A stretch of 64,000 nucleotides of DNA from Podarcis filfolensis (taxonomy: Eukaryota). Where the stretch lies: the NCBI GenBank assembly GCA_964270895.1, contig OZ185442.1, one strand, 5' to 3'. The position numbers and the translations under genes are program-made. Positions 48,679 through 62,435 of the stretch are shown one piece after another. Under the pieces are notes generated by a model. It searched no databases, was not told the DNA's origin, and worked only from the letters and a program-made list of their open reading frames with translations. Numbering within the stretch: position 1 is the stretch's first letter; each line of letters opens with the position of its first letter.

Positions 48679-49910
48679 GTTTTGGCTCCAGAACAAAGCT
48701 TAATAGCAACGGTTCCAAATTAATATAGCTGGAGATATACTACATGGATTACATAATTACAAGCATTAGCATCCACTATTTGAACATGTGAAATGCAACC
48801 TTGAAAAAAGGTGACTTAATTCAATGCCATTTGAATGGTAATAAGGTTTCTTTTGGGAACATATCCAGTATTCAGATAACACAGATATAGCCTGATCCAG
48901 GCTGGCATTACTGGGATATTCTCCAGCTATGACATCATTGGAAGATATTGGTGGGGAAAGGGCACTGTTTTGAAAGTGATTTTACTGCTGCTGGAAGGAG
49001 TTGGTCATGAGAATAATTTAACTGCAACAGTTGTGTGAACCATTTAACAGGTGAAGCTATAAATATAAGCCATATTGTAAATATAAGAGAATACAGATTG
49101 ATTATTAAAGTTAAATTCTAAAGACTTGTCTTCTTATGGGGCCACTTTAATCTACTTATATTTTATGACAGAGGCACTATGGACAGTTAATGGGCTTCAA
49201 ATCTGAGGCATTAAGAGTGAGGCAGATGCCAGTTTCTACAGCTGTCCCTAATTATGCTTTTTCCCCCCTTTGTAAAAGGTACACATTGTATAGGATGAGA
49301 TGCAACCAGGCAAAAAGGAAGCTACTGTTTGACAATAAATGTAACCCTTACTCATGCCAGTGCCTGAACTTCATGTTTAATTCCATGGCACTGCCACTCA
49401 TGCAATGTAAGGGTCTCCGAGATTATAGACAGCAGACAAGTCAGAATAAGCACTTGTAAGTCTGCTGCACCCAAACCAACCAAGGTACATAATTTGGTGG
49501 CATAAGAATAGCGATTGAAATAGGAGACCATCACACGATCAATGCCTCCTGCTTAGAAAATAGACACCAAGATGCTTACCTAGCCACAGGAGCCTGTTTG
49601 CCTCTATCAATAACACAGTCAACTACATTGTGCTTTACGTTGTGCAACTAGAGCTACAAGTGACAAAGGTTGCAATCTTATACAATTACCTGTGAGCAAG
49701 TTCCATTGAACTCAACAGATCTTACTACTGAGGAGACTTGTATATTATTACAGTGTAACAGATGGACAATTAAAAGCAGAAGGGGGAACCCACTTCCCCA
49801 CAGAATCCTATTCACGAACTCTCAGCCAGGTTCACTATCAATATACACTAGTTAGTAAATAAACTAAAGTCAGTTTGGCAGAACTTAATTCCCATACATT
49901 AATACTCCTC

Positions 49911-49960
49911 TGTGCTCTGGTCCATGGGGTCACAAAGAGTCGGACACGACTAAACAACAA
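49911..49960 (+). mobile_element. Bov-B (RTE) LINE 3' terminus
   Basis: GTGCTCTGGTCCATGGGGTCACAAAGAGTCGGACACGACTAAACAACAA matches the recalled Bov-B 3' end. Confidence 0.8.
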
Positions 49961-50146
49961 TGAGTCACACAGTGAATGAATCTGTGACATCAGAGTAAAG
50001 TGACTTATTGGAATAACAAGATGACTTCCAGTTAAATTTTTAATAAAAGCCTTTTGTTGTTGACAGCAACTAAAGAAGATTTAACAGAAAACTATTTTTA
50101 AAAGTTTACAATATTTATTTGGCAATAAGTCCAAACTAAACCAACA

Positions 50147-50518
50147 CGGACACAGGTGGCGCTGTGGTCTAAACCACTGAGCCTAGGGCTTGCTGATCAG
50201 AAGGTCGGTGGTTCAAATCCCTGCGACGGGGTGAGCTCCCATTGTTTGATCCAAGCTCCTGCCCACCTAGCAGTTTGAAAGCATGTAAAAGTGCAAGTAG
50301 ATAAATAGGTACCGTGCCAGCAGGAAGGTAAACCGTGTTTCCGTGTGCTGCTCTGGTTCGCCGGAAGCGGCTTAGTCATGCTGGCCACATGACCCAGAAG
50401 CTGTCTGCGGACAAATGCCGGCTCCCTCGGCCTATAGAGCAAGATGAGCACTGCAACCCCAGAGTCGTCTGTGACTGGACCTAACAGTCAGGGGTACCTT
50501 TACCTTTACCCTTACCTT
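50147..50518 (+). mobile_element. Sauria (Squam1) SINE, full length
   Basis: GGACACAGGTGGCGCTGTGGTC...GGGGTACCTTTACCTTTACC; 10-bp TSD TAAACCAACA (50137-50146 and 50519-50528). Confidence 0.93.
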
Positions 50519-53500
50519 TAAACCAACATAATTTATTTCCAAGTAAAAATGGATAGGATTGGGCTGCATGTCATCTGTTGTAAAGGTGTTAGATAGTCTG
50601 CTTCTAAAGAATGCCAGGTCTACTCTGATTTCTCTCATGTTTTATAAATATCTCACATTGCTATAAAGAAGGCAAAGTTTTAAGCGGAAAGCTGCTTTAT
50701 CTTAGGACATCAGTTCATTGTGAAGAAAAATACATATCCAGCCACTTCCCTTGTTCATTCCCTCTCCCATATGCAGCTACCTACCATACTTTTAAAACCG
50801 AGTTGGTAACAAAACTCACACTAAAATGTTTAAATTAGCACAATAAAGCTAGGAAGATTGTAGTATCATTTATTATTTCTCCTAGGAATGTTTAGCATCT
50901 TAAATACATTGAAACTTTACATAAAATTATCAGACTACTGCATTTCACAACCATTTGGCCTCACTGTTTACATTTTGTATTATCTACTGATAATCTATGT
51001 AGATTGGTTAACTGGAGGTAGCACTTAATGCATGGGATGAAGTGGGGTTAGGGTTGCAAGTAAGTCTCATTGAATTAAATAGTACTTCTAAGTGGGGTGT
51101 TAGGGGAGGCGTAGTACTTTTGCAGGGGGACATGTCTTGCTTCCTCTGGGGTAGTTTGTCAACCTTGCACTCAGCTGACACCTATGGCTCCTAGAAACTG
51201 TCAGCATAAAACAGCAGCCATGCCTCAGGAAATGGCTGAATAGAAAATATAAAGACTTTATTGTCACTGTACCACTTGTTTACAGTGAGATTAACCGAAC
51301 CTCCGTCCCCCCAATCTCTCAGTCCTTGTTACATTCTGGCTACCTAAACTATGTGTGGGTAGCGGATGGGTCTCAAACCCTCAGTCTTTCAGGATATATT
51401 TGGGAGAATAAAAGGCTAAAGATTAAACCTACACAATTCCGGAGTAGAGTCCCAAAAACAGTTGGATGGCTCCTTGTACACTTCTGGCATTCATGTAGCC
51501 AAACTAGTACCAAACACATTGCTCTGCTTTCCTTTGGACCACATCTGCAAGGCTGAAATGGGGGTTTTGTCTTCTGGGCAGCCCAGGACCTCCATACACA
51601 CTGCCCAGGCTTGCACCCTGAATAAGTCACTTTGGTGCTGCTAACACAGTGGGTTGATTTCCCACCCGGAGGCACACTCCATTGTCTCTTGAGACAGACA
51701 GATGCCAACAACTTCTGAGTAGACATAGCTAACCAGATTGTAAGTCTGCATAGTTTTCACCACAATAAATCTGTTTATCTTAAAGATGCCTCAAGACTCT
51801 TTTATATAGTAATGAATTCCATATGCACTCATCCTTGAACAAGAAATATACACCCTCGTGAGGATTTTACTTATAAGAACCTTTAAATTCTTCCACAGAG
51901 TATAAAATCAAGAACTGCTAGATGGCCTTCTTTAATAAAAGGTCTTTGCTGCCTCATGGGAGGCTTAAAGTTTCACTCTATTTATTGCAAGATCTCTGAC
52001 CCAGAAGAAAACTTAATGCTTCTTCAGAAGAATTATTACTGCCAAATATATTTAGGGAGAAAACAAAAAGAAGCTGCCTATTAAGACGTGGCAATAAAAA
52101 TGATCATATAACTTGCATCTAGGGGTTGGCCAGGTTGGCACCTGTCAAGCCAAGGACACAGGTCCTGTAGGGGTGCAAAAACCATATCCCTCCACTCAGG
52201 CATGGTGTGGCTAGAGGCCACCAGTCCTTCTGCACATTTTGCGGACCATTCCTCCACTGCTCTGGGCTGCCAGGCAAGGTGCACAAGCTTCTCTGGGTGC
52301 CTTGGAGGAATCCAGTTGCTGGTGTGGGGAGACGAGGGGGCATCATTATAGGGCACAAGGGAGCCTAGGTATGCCTCTGCTTGCATACAACATTGCAGAG
52401 ACTAACAATGCGACTCTTTGGGAATAATTTGTCATTTTTCCTTTGAAAGTTTGTATGATATGGCATCTAGAGAGAGAAACATAGGAACAAAACCCATAGC
52501 AGGGAAAGCCACAGAAAGCTTAATAGTGAAGTTAAGGTATTTCCATTACTCTAGTGTCCTATAGTAGGTCACCTGTGAGGGGAAAAGGGGCCTACCAGTA
52601 GCAATATACAAGTTTGTCCAAAGAAGTCAGACTTGACCATTTTCTCCTCTTACTACCAAGGGTTGAAAATTTTAGACAAAGCAAGTAAGTGACATGCTAT
52701 TTCTCTATCACTGCTTCCATTAGCTTAATTCAAACCTGAAGTGCAGTGTGGGCAAGCCTGGAAGTGCTAGTTACTCTCCCCCCTGCCCCCCCGTTCATGC
52801 TGTAGCAGCAGCCAGGGGAAAAAAAGCTATTCCTTGCTATTGCTTAGATTTCTGAAAAGTTTCCAATGACTCAATGGTGTACAAACACAGCTCTCTACCA
52901 ATGTCACAAGCTAAATAAGACCAACAGCAGCCAGCATTCAGAATCAGTCAGATGAAACACTAGTAGCTTTAGTTTAGCTTTTCACTGTTTAGATTCTACA
53001 CTGTTAGTAGCAATACAATCCTGCTTAACAATTGCTTTTTGTGAGCATATTAAAGGTTACAATTAAAGGCAACAATACATTGTTATACTATGTATTGTTT
53101 TGTGCTGTATTCTCTGTTTTATTGAATTTGTATGTATCCATTTTACTACATTTTTTTAAAACAAAGAAACAATCAAGGTTACAATTCCGTGCATGTTTAG
53201 GTGGCAGTAAACCCTACTGAACTCAAATGGCATTTACTCCTAAGCAAGCATGCATAGACTGGACCAAAAGAGATTTAGCTACAATAAAGTGTTGGACTTT
53301 CCTTTGGGCGGATGAGAAAGGAAAGCAAGACAGAACATCCTATACATTGTTTTCGGTACTGCCAACATATCTTTGATTTTGAGGGTTTGGGGAAATGATG
53401 AAGCCACCCCACCGAGCCCACGCAGATTTATTCGCAACCTAGCAGAGACACAGCAAAGCAGACGACAGCTATATTTAAATGAGAAGAGAAAAGATGAGAA

Positions 53501-53539
53501 GAAAGGAAAGGGAGGCCTTGATTAGCTCGGAGAAAAGGC

Positions 53540-54620
53540 TTTCGCCCGGACTAGGCCCGACTTCTAGCGATTAGGCCCTGAATGGGTTACCCATAGCAAC
53601 CGCAGCTCAGAAGAAGTAGGGAGGGTAAGGGGGGGAGGGGAAAGAAATTTCAAACACGTGACACATCACGCGCTTGTCATCAACGACGCGCTAATCCGTT
53701 TGCCCAATCCCAAGATTTGCTTTCCCCCCTCCCATCGGGTCCCTCCTCCTTGCGCCCGCGCGCTCCGAGGAAAAGCAACGTTCCTTTAATCGCGTCGCAC
53801 GCGCGCTCGCGTCACTCCGGTGTCTGCGGCTGCTCCTCCTCCCTGTTCACCCCTCCTCCCCCTCTTACGTCCCACCCTATATCGTTGCTGTGCCGGCAGC
53901 CAATGAGACGGAGTGTCTCATTGGGCCAATGGGGAAGCTCGGCTCTGGTGGCGAGAGCAACAGCGGCGGTGGCCGTGGAGGCTGGGGCTGTGTGTGTGGG
54001 AAGGGAGGAAACGGCGCTGGCTGGGCGAGAGAGCGAGCGAACGAGGCAGGCACCGCGGCGGACGAGGAAGGCACCGCTGGCGAATCGGCGCTCGGGACAG
54101 CGAGGAGGCAGCGAGAGCCGCCGGGAAGGCGGGTGGGCCATGGAGCGGGCGAGCCGGAGGAGGCGACGCCGGCACTCGTAAAGGCCCGCTGCCCCCTGGG
54201 CGAGCGAACGAGCGAGCGAGGCAGGCGGGCGGCCGGGCGAGAGGCCTCACGCACTCGCCCTCACGGGCCTCGGGCCTCAACGGCGCACAGGCAAGGGAAA
54301 GAGGCGGCGGCGGCGGCGCAGGGAACCACGCGCTCCGGGTAAGGAAGGCTCCGCACCTCAGTGAGGGCTCTCGGCGGGGGCGAAGGGCCTGCCCGGCTTG
54401 GCGGCGCGAAGTCCACGGAGGCCCCGCGCGGGGTAGAAGCGGGTGTTGAAAAGGTGCCGAATGACGGGGGTGCGGGCGGGGCGAAGGAGTGCTAGGATGG
54501 TGCCTGACCCGGGTTTGCGGAGCGACATACGTTGCATGCGTGAGGGGCGCCCTGGAGGGAGCTGCTGCCGCCACCCCCGAGAAACTGATGAGGCCTACGG
54601 TGAAAACGAGGGGGAAAGGG
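53540..54620. promoter_or_regulatory. CpG-island promoter, oriented away from SPG7
   Basis: Very CpG-rich. RFX-like GTTACCCATAGCAAC at about 53586-53600, E-box CACGTG at about 53655, three CCAAT boxes at 53900-53930. Confidence 0.85.
53950..54338 (+). other. ANKRD11: Probable non-coding first exon of ANKRD11 (start approximate); the rest of the window would be intron 1
   Basis: GC-rich segment after the CCAAT cluster ending at donor CGG/GTAAGG (54339). ANKRD11 lies head-to-head with SPG7 in mammals and has a non-coding exon 1 and a long intron 1. No ANKRD11 coding sequence is visible, so the identity rests on synteny. Confidence 0.5.
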
Positions 54621-56522
54621 TAATATTGGCCACGTGTGTGTATTTGTGTGTGTCGAGTATGTGGGGGGCGGGGGGAGGGTTGGAAGAGGTATTTAGTTAA
54701 AACGAAGTGGTGGGGTTTTGCGGGGGATTAAAAAGAAAAGAGAGGCCTATTTGTATATGAGGAAAGGGCGTTGAGATTACATTGTAGGGCACGTTGGTAC
54801 GTTCTCTTCTATTTTGGTGAGAAGGAACATTTTGTTTTATTTCCATAAGCATTTGTGGTAAAAGTGGTGGCCAACGAGCATTGGGGTGTGTGGGATTTTA
54901 AAGCCCTTCAATCTCATCCTCTGGTAGATAGACTAGTGTCTTCCCACATTTCTAATTGCCTCTTTGGGGGTGCAGGTTCTAATCTGTATTGGTGGTTGTA
55001 GGTACAGGTTCTAATCTGTATTACTGGTTGTAGGTACAGATCTGTTGTACAGGTTGAGGTAACTACAGGACTATGTTGTATGTCACAAAAAGTGAAAGGA
55101 AGTGGGCAGAATGTGTTGGTGTTCATAAAGAAGCTGACGAGCTGGTGTGTGTGTGTGTGTGTGTAGTAATGGTACCTGGAAAGGAAGGTTGAGGGTTGCT
55201 AAAGACAGTCAAGGGTTGAGTCTCTAGAGTTTGACTGGGATGTGATGGGTATGGGAGATTGGGCACGCAGCAGAAATGTGGAGATGGAGTATATTGCATA
55301 GATGCTTTGTAGTTGGAAACCAGCTGCTGAAACAGGGAGGTGTGGAGCGCTGGTGCTGCAGAGGCAGATGGTGCAGGATTGAGTGGGGGTGGGGATGGGG
55401 TGAGGTCAGAGTCTGGTAAAACTCACAGCAGAAAGGAGTGGAAGTTATGGAGTTGAAAGCCTAAGGTACTAGCAAAATGTCTAGGAGGAGGGATGTTATT
55501 TGTTGGAATAGATTCAGTGAAGATTACGCTTGCTATGGTAATTTCCTTTTCCCATTTCATCATCTTTCAGTCGGTGTTAGCTCTGTGTATATGTGTAAAA
55601 GAAGAGCTCTTATTCTGCCTTTTCTTGTTTCTTTTTCTTAGTTTCTTCTGTGGATTGTCTTCCTTTCTCTTAAAACAAGAAATACAAAGCAGCTGCATGT
55701 CTCCAAACAGAATTTAGGATCCTTCTCACTCCTCCTGTCTCTTAAGAAAGAGGATTGATTACATGTTTAGAAAGGCAAATCGTCCCCCCCCCTTCTCCAA
55801 GAAGCTTGGATGAGCTGAGCCCTCCAATGCCCTCTGCCCTTTTCCCAGAGAAAGCAGCTGTCTTGTGAGGGATGTGTGCATGTGGATTGAAAATCAGTCT
55901 GTTCATTGAGACACAAGGGCTGGTGTGTTCACATCGGCTCCTGCTCATTAAAGTTGTGGCTCTGTTTTGATATTCAGTTGCAGGAAGGAACTTGTCCCCT
56001 CCCCCTCAGTTTGTACACAGATCTCCCTTGTCACCAGGAACCTGGCCTTATAGATTAAGAGTGAGCAGATCAGTCACTGTCTTTTAAAGCCAAATGCATC
56101 TCAGGGGATAATTCTAGAAACTGAATGGGGGACAAAATAGCTAAGGCAAAGAATGTAGTAAAATTAGGTAACATATTTTTTTGTTTGAACACTTCGTAGT
56201 TTTAATTCACAGATGATCAACTGTAATGGACGATGGTAATTTTGCTTCTTAGTTTTTCCAGCTCACAGTATTTCTGTTTTTTTCCCCAACATGGCCATTC
56301 CATTATCAGTTCCATTTCCTGGGTAAAACGCCCTCAGAAAACAAACAGAGGTGTTGATTTCAGAATGGATTTTAAGCTTTTGTTGCAGACGTTTCTTCTA
56401 GTTAAGAAGGGAGCTTAAATCTGTGATTTAAAAAAAAAATGACTCCCAGAGTTGTAGTGAAAGGGAATTCCCAGAGTAAAATGTCAATATCTGAGGCACT
56501 TTTAATGGGCAACAGTGGGTAT

Positions 56523-56740
56523 CAGTAGACGGCATGGTGTAGGGAGTGCTGAACTCTGATCTTAGGAAGCAGGGTTCAAATCCCCACTTATCCATGAAGC
56601 TCATAGGGTGATATTGGGCCAGTCATTATCTGTCAGACCAACCAACCTCATAGAGTTGTTGTTGTGAGGATGAAATGGAGAGGGGGAGAAGTGTGTATGC
56701 CACTTTGAGCTCCTTGGAGAAAATGTGGGGTATAAATATA
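56523..56740 (+). mobile_element. CORE/MIR-like tRNA-derived SINE
   Basis: GCATGGTGTAGGGAG...GGGTTCAAATCCCCAC...GGGTGATATTGGGCCAGTCA...CCTCATAGAGTTGTTGTTGTGAGGATGAAATGG. Confidence 0.65.
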
Positions 56741-59700
56741 AATATCAAAACAGTAGTTGAAAAATAAGTGAATTATTTGAACTGAGAAGTTTGTATATTG
56801 TATACTAGATAGAAAAGGAGCCTAAAATGTGTTTTGTTTTGTAGTCAGAAAGTATGCATTTCTCCCTCCCCCCCCCCTCTCTCTCTCTCCCCAAGTCTAC
56901 TGGAATTGGATTTCCACATACAAATATGTTGTTAAACCTTAGGAATATCACAGAGGTAGAGTTACCTGGTAACAAGGATAGAATCATACAGGCAGCCTCC
57001 ATAGTTCACACATGGTTTTCTCATGCTTCTCTTTGCCCTTTTATAATTAACTGCCTAAGCTGGTTGAACAGGACAAGTTATTGAGGATGTTCTTGAGACT
57101 CCTGTCAGTCTAACATTAAAGCACCAGTAGCTCTTCAGGACTGGAAGTGTGGATGAGAGTGTTTCATGCGCAGTTGCCATAGATGGGCAGCATAATGGTT
57201 CCCGTATGCACAGCTCTGGTCTCATAGCAGAGGCAGATAAATCTGGTCTGCATTTGAAGACACAATTCTTTTTCACCAGAGAATTATGTTAGTAACACAC
57301 TGCAAGTGATAACATGGCCTGTCCTTCCCCCACACTAATGTGTACAATACAAAATAATGATTTGGTGGCTCATGCAGCAAATGTTATTTCCCTCTGCTCA
57401 AGTACTATATACAAGGAATTGATAAGGCTAGCCTGTGCACATCTAGGCCTTCTCCCAAGATTGAACTGGGTAATATATTTTACATCAGTTTGGGCAAGGC
57501 AAGGACAATGTGCTAGTTAACTGTTTCGGGCTAGGAGGGAAGGAATTGTCTTAGTAGGAAAGCTTTAGAAGAGCTGCAGCTCTGTCCCCATTGTATTTTG
57601 CATATATCTGGTTGCATGAATTACTTGAAAGCATTGTTACAATTTGTTCAATATTGCGACCTTTATAGTTAGTGCAATTTGATTATATTCCACTGTTCTA
57701 ATATTGAGATCATATAGGTCCTTGAAGAATATTTGGTTCACAAGCATAGGCTTCTTTTTCATTCCGCTGTTATACTACTCTGAGTATTGTCTGGCTTTAT
57801 TTATGCTATATCAATTAGGGAAGTCTTTTAACGAAATAAAAACCTTCAATTCTTGCTTTACATTTAGCTTAAAGTAAAATGAAAATATAATATTTTTATT
57901 TGCTTGAAAATACTTACCTTATTAAGATATAACAATAATACAAGCTTTAAAAATTGATGAAATATTAAGTACTTTATTTTTTGCTGTTCAAATAATAGAA
58001 TGAGTATGTTGTTTTAAGCTTCTCTGCTTTGATATTGTTTCAGGCTTCTGTTGAGCTAAGCAGGCAGATCTTATGCTAGCTTGAGTGGTTAGCTGTGCTT
58101 AGTCAAGCTGTACTGTAAAAGCAGTATTACTTTTTTTCACTAAACCAAAATTTATATAACTTCTGTTTGTTTGATCCATATAATTCTAATGTAGTTCATG
58201 CAAATAAGGTGCAAATATTTCAGGGATTGGCTTTGAGTTTGCTCATTTCCTGTTCTAAGTGTGGTTTGTAAACATTGGGTTAAAATATGATATTTTTGGT
58301 GCTGTTATAGGTAAACATACTGATTTTTAGCAATAGGATTCTTAAGTGGGAAAGGCAGCAGTGAGAGGAAACATATCAAGAAGCAATTGCATGTGTTAAT
58401 GTTCAGACTACAGGGATGTATATGGTATGAGTGGTTATAGTTACTGAGCTGGGAGTGAAATCGAAATGCCTGCATTGTTCTTTTATTTATACTTTACATC
58501 TGCAAAATAGAATGCCTATTCTCTTGGTTTTTTAAAATTCATTTTTTGTGGGAGAGATTTTCTGTACTTCAGTGAATCATAAATGTCTTTAGGAATTTGG
58601 TAAACCTTGCTGTTGGTGGAGACACTGATGGCAGGAAGAATATTTTCCTAAATTGAATGATATTTGTAAATGTCTGTTTTCTAGAATTCTTTGTAGATTT
58701 GAATTTAATGAATCAGGAGTATTTGCGAAGTGTGTTAGAATGTTCTGAATATTGCAACACTTTTTTAGTAATTACTTCAAGGGCAACCTTTTCTATGTAT
58801 CCATATATACACACACACAGGTGGCAGCCATTTTGAGTGGGAGTTCCATTCCTGGCCCCTGCGTGTGCATTGGCAGAGCACGCATAACCCTGTTCCACCC
58901 CCATTCTGCCCTATTCCAAAAGGACCCACGTGCTGGTAGTTGTGTGTCGATTGGGCACGCACAAAATGGTCACTGCCTATAGTAGTCAAATGTACTGATC
59001 CTTGAGTCAGAACATTTAATCTGACTTGTACTTTGCTGCTAGACTGTATGGGGGACCGTAATTGATTCAGCTTTTGGGAAAAGTATGTTTTGAATCCCAG
59101 ATGGCATCATTTTCCTTATGATTGTTAGTGTTGGGTTTTAAAGGCATTCCCTGTTGTTTCCGTATGAAGTCCAATAAGCCAAGTTAAATAAATCAGTTTG
59201 AATCAATGGGAAGAGTGGGGTCATTTATAGTGTTAGAGATGCATAGGATACTACAGGAAAGAAGGATAGGCAAGACAGGAATACATTGTAGTGGAGAGAA
59301 GCAGAAAGCTGTAGAAACATTGTAAGTGACTTGCTGATTGATTAGTCATTGTAAGTGACTAAGGTGAATGTGGAATTGTGTGTTAATTAATAAGCAATTG
59401 GAGACCCATGCATCATATCTGCCCTCCTATGTGTGTTGCCTGGTTCCCTAGATGGTGAAAGAGGTTTGGAAAACATGATGTGAGTGACAAGAGAACTTGG
59501 AAGACATCACTTTAAGGATTGTGGGATGAAGGTTATTTCTTTTTATTAGATTTATATCCTGCATTTCCTCCTAAGGGATCTCAGGGCAATAGGGGCATCC
59601 CCTTACTTCTCAGAGTGGCTGTCCAGGAAAATTGGTTTCTTGCTTAATATGGATGGAGTGGCCAGAGTTCCAGTGCTGCGATGGAACTCAATAAAAGTCT

Positions 59701-62372
59701 GTTGACAAACTGGGTTTATTCCTCAGAGTACATGGGTGATGAGCAGCAGTGAGTGTGGTTTGCTTTGACAATTGATTAAATATAACATTAACATTTATTG
59801 TTAAATACTTCAGAATTATTATGTATTTGTAAAGTAACCTAAGGTCCCAGCCACAAATACTAACTTCAGAATAAATGTCAAAATTGATTTGTAGTTGAAT
59901 TTGAGTATATGCGTAGAAATTTGACCTTTAATTGATTTTATTCTCAAAGTCAGAAGTATTTACATTCACTGTTGCCAACTCACTGTGGCTAGTGTTGGCA
60001 TGCTGTCTACCAAGCAAATGGTGCAGCCTGACATACTGTAAATGTTTAGTTGGAAGTCAGTCCCAGTGTGCTGAATGGGGTTTCTCCCTAATAAGTGTGC
60101 GTGGGATTGCAGCTCTCTGGATCTGATGAGTTTGCTTGAGGGTAAATGGAAAGTGTCCAACACAAAGTATCTTAAGATCTACTTTGCAGTGAGCTGTTAA
60201 AGATGGATTCAGTAAGTTTCCCTTCAATAGAGCTGCTTTCTTAGTTGTCCTGTGTGTATTAATTTTCTTCAGATGAGTTACAAATGAAAAGGATTGCCTC
60301 ATAAATAATGGTGTTTTTTGTTATATTAATGTAGATACTTCACACATACAATAACGTGTTTTAATTCTGCATGTAGTTGTCCCAGAGGTAGGCAAAGAGT
60401 AACAAATGTTTCCCAGAGTGGAAAAAAGGTGTTCCAGAAGCTTGTTTTGTCAGTTCGTCGTTCTCCGTTTTTTGGCTGTGCTTTCAAATAAATTGACGAC
60501 TTTGTAAATATGCTGATGGGGCTTGCTATCTTAGAGGATAACACTGAAACTCAAATAGCCAGGCCAGACTTGACCACCTATCCTTTTTATAAATCTATGG
60601 GACATGATATCCAGGTCTCTTCTGTTCTGAAGCTTTTGTTGTGATCTTTGGTTAAACAAACCTAATCATTGTTCAAAAACTGAAAGGCTTACATTGCATA
60701 TCTTACATGACACCTTGATTATATTTAAGCTGCATTGTAGAGTTATGAAATACCATTTTGGGGAGGCTACAGTTGCTGTTATGAATAGTTTTATCTCCTT
60801 TTCAATTCCCCCTTTCATTATCTAAAACCAAGTTTTAGGTATGAAAAATAGCCTCCATGACAAACTTTTCAACTTCAGCAGTAGCTAAATCTGTCAGATT
60901 TCCTAGCAAACTGCAATATCTTTTTAGTTCACTATGTGAACCAAGTATGTTCTATTCAACACAATTTGTGTGAGCATAGATCAGTTGGGATATCATCATT
61001 CACTGTCCCATAGACATACAGTGAGTATTAGGGAGCAAGAGCTGAGAGAGAACTTTGGTAACAGTATTTTCTCCCCATTGCCTTCCCAGGTCACGTTTGC
61101 AGTTGCTTTTATGCAGTGATGTGAGGCACACACACGACTGTCTGCTTTGTCCCTGCCATCTGGATAAATGCAACATTCCAGTTTGCTGCACTGCCCTTGG
61201 CATTTAGGCTCTGAATTATTTATCCTCAAGGAGTCTGTAGGCAGTCTCTTTGCGTCTTTAAAGAAAGTCGAGAAGGGTCTGTTGGTTAAAACTAGTATTC
61301 AGCCTGCTTTATATACAGAAAATTTAAAGCGTAGATTCTTCTCTATTGCTTTAATAATGCAAGATTTTATAAAATCACATATTGTATTTAAAAAGCTGTC
61401 TGGTTAATGCTTTTGATCTCAATTCACTGTCACAGGCAGGGTTTTTATCTTGGTTGCTATCAGATATTTCATGTAAAAAAATTCCAACTTTTGATATGCT
61501 TCTGGTAAAAATATGACATTTTTTAGAAGTGTGGACTGTAATGTTAGCATGTGGAAGAAGCTACCAGGCAATATTTGTATATATTTATGCAATAGAGAAA
61601 GGAACTCTGAATTGTGGAGTAGATTGCCAGGGTGGGTGGATGACCATAGCTAACTAATGTCACTCCTTCTCAACCTCTGTGCAGCTGGCCTGTATATAGG
61701 AAATAGATTTTTTAAAAAAAAATAAAAAAATGTGTGTGGGGGCAGCAGCATGCCACTGTTAAAATCCAGTCATGAGGTGTACAGTGTGTGCTAACTGGAG
61801 TTCACACTGGAAAAATGGAGGACACTCAACATTTCAGAGGATGTTCCAGAATTGATCAAGTGGAGATGGACTAAAAATTAGTTTTGAGCATCTCATACTT
61901 TTAAAATGTTTGAAGGCCAATGGTTTTTTGTTCTAGAAATTTGTAAATTATTGAGTGACTAGCTTTACTAAAGATTAATCATTAAAAGGATTGGTATGTT
62001 GACCCCTTTCCCTAAATTTAAATCAGAGTTTATTTGCATCTCTGGTGTCTCCTGTAGTTATTCAAAATGACAACCCATTCTGGACCGTCTCCCAGTCATA
62101 GGATTAGTATATTGATGGTGGGCAGAAGAGGGAAGGTCTCTGGGTGATTTGGAGTAGATCATTAAGCCTTACCAGCTCCAATTAAAATAAATATCATGAT
62201 AGTTTACGTCAAGTTGCCTATATATTTTTACTGAATGCAAACATTCCCCCTTCCTTCTTAAGCCCACTGCATTTAATGTTAGAAAGTGATTAAAAGACAA
62301 AAAAGTAAGAGGAGAAAATGAGACAAAAAGAGGGGAAAACAATCATAAGTAAAAGGAAAAAAGAAGAATACA

Positions 62373-62373
<1 letters not shown>

Positions 62374-62431
<58 letters not shown>
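62374..62431. repeat. (TA)n microsatellite
   Basis: Uninterrupted run of about 29 units. Confidence 0.97.

Positions 62432-62435
<4 letters not shown>

Noticed and set aside
53717-54700. Cluster of 85-218 aa ORFs on both strands
   Set aside because: CpG-island artefact; Arg/Ala/Gly/Pro-rich with no ankyrin or other domain.
57900-58130. Possible extra exon (acceptor GTTTCAG near 58043) or antisense donor (AAGGTAAGT near 57915) in the AT-rich intron
   Set aside because: Isolated splice-like words with no paired site, open frame or other evidence.
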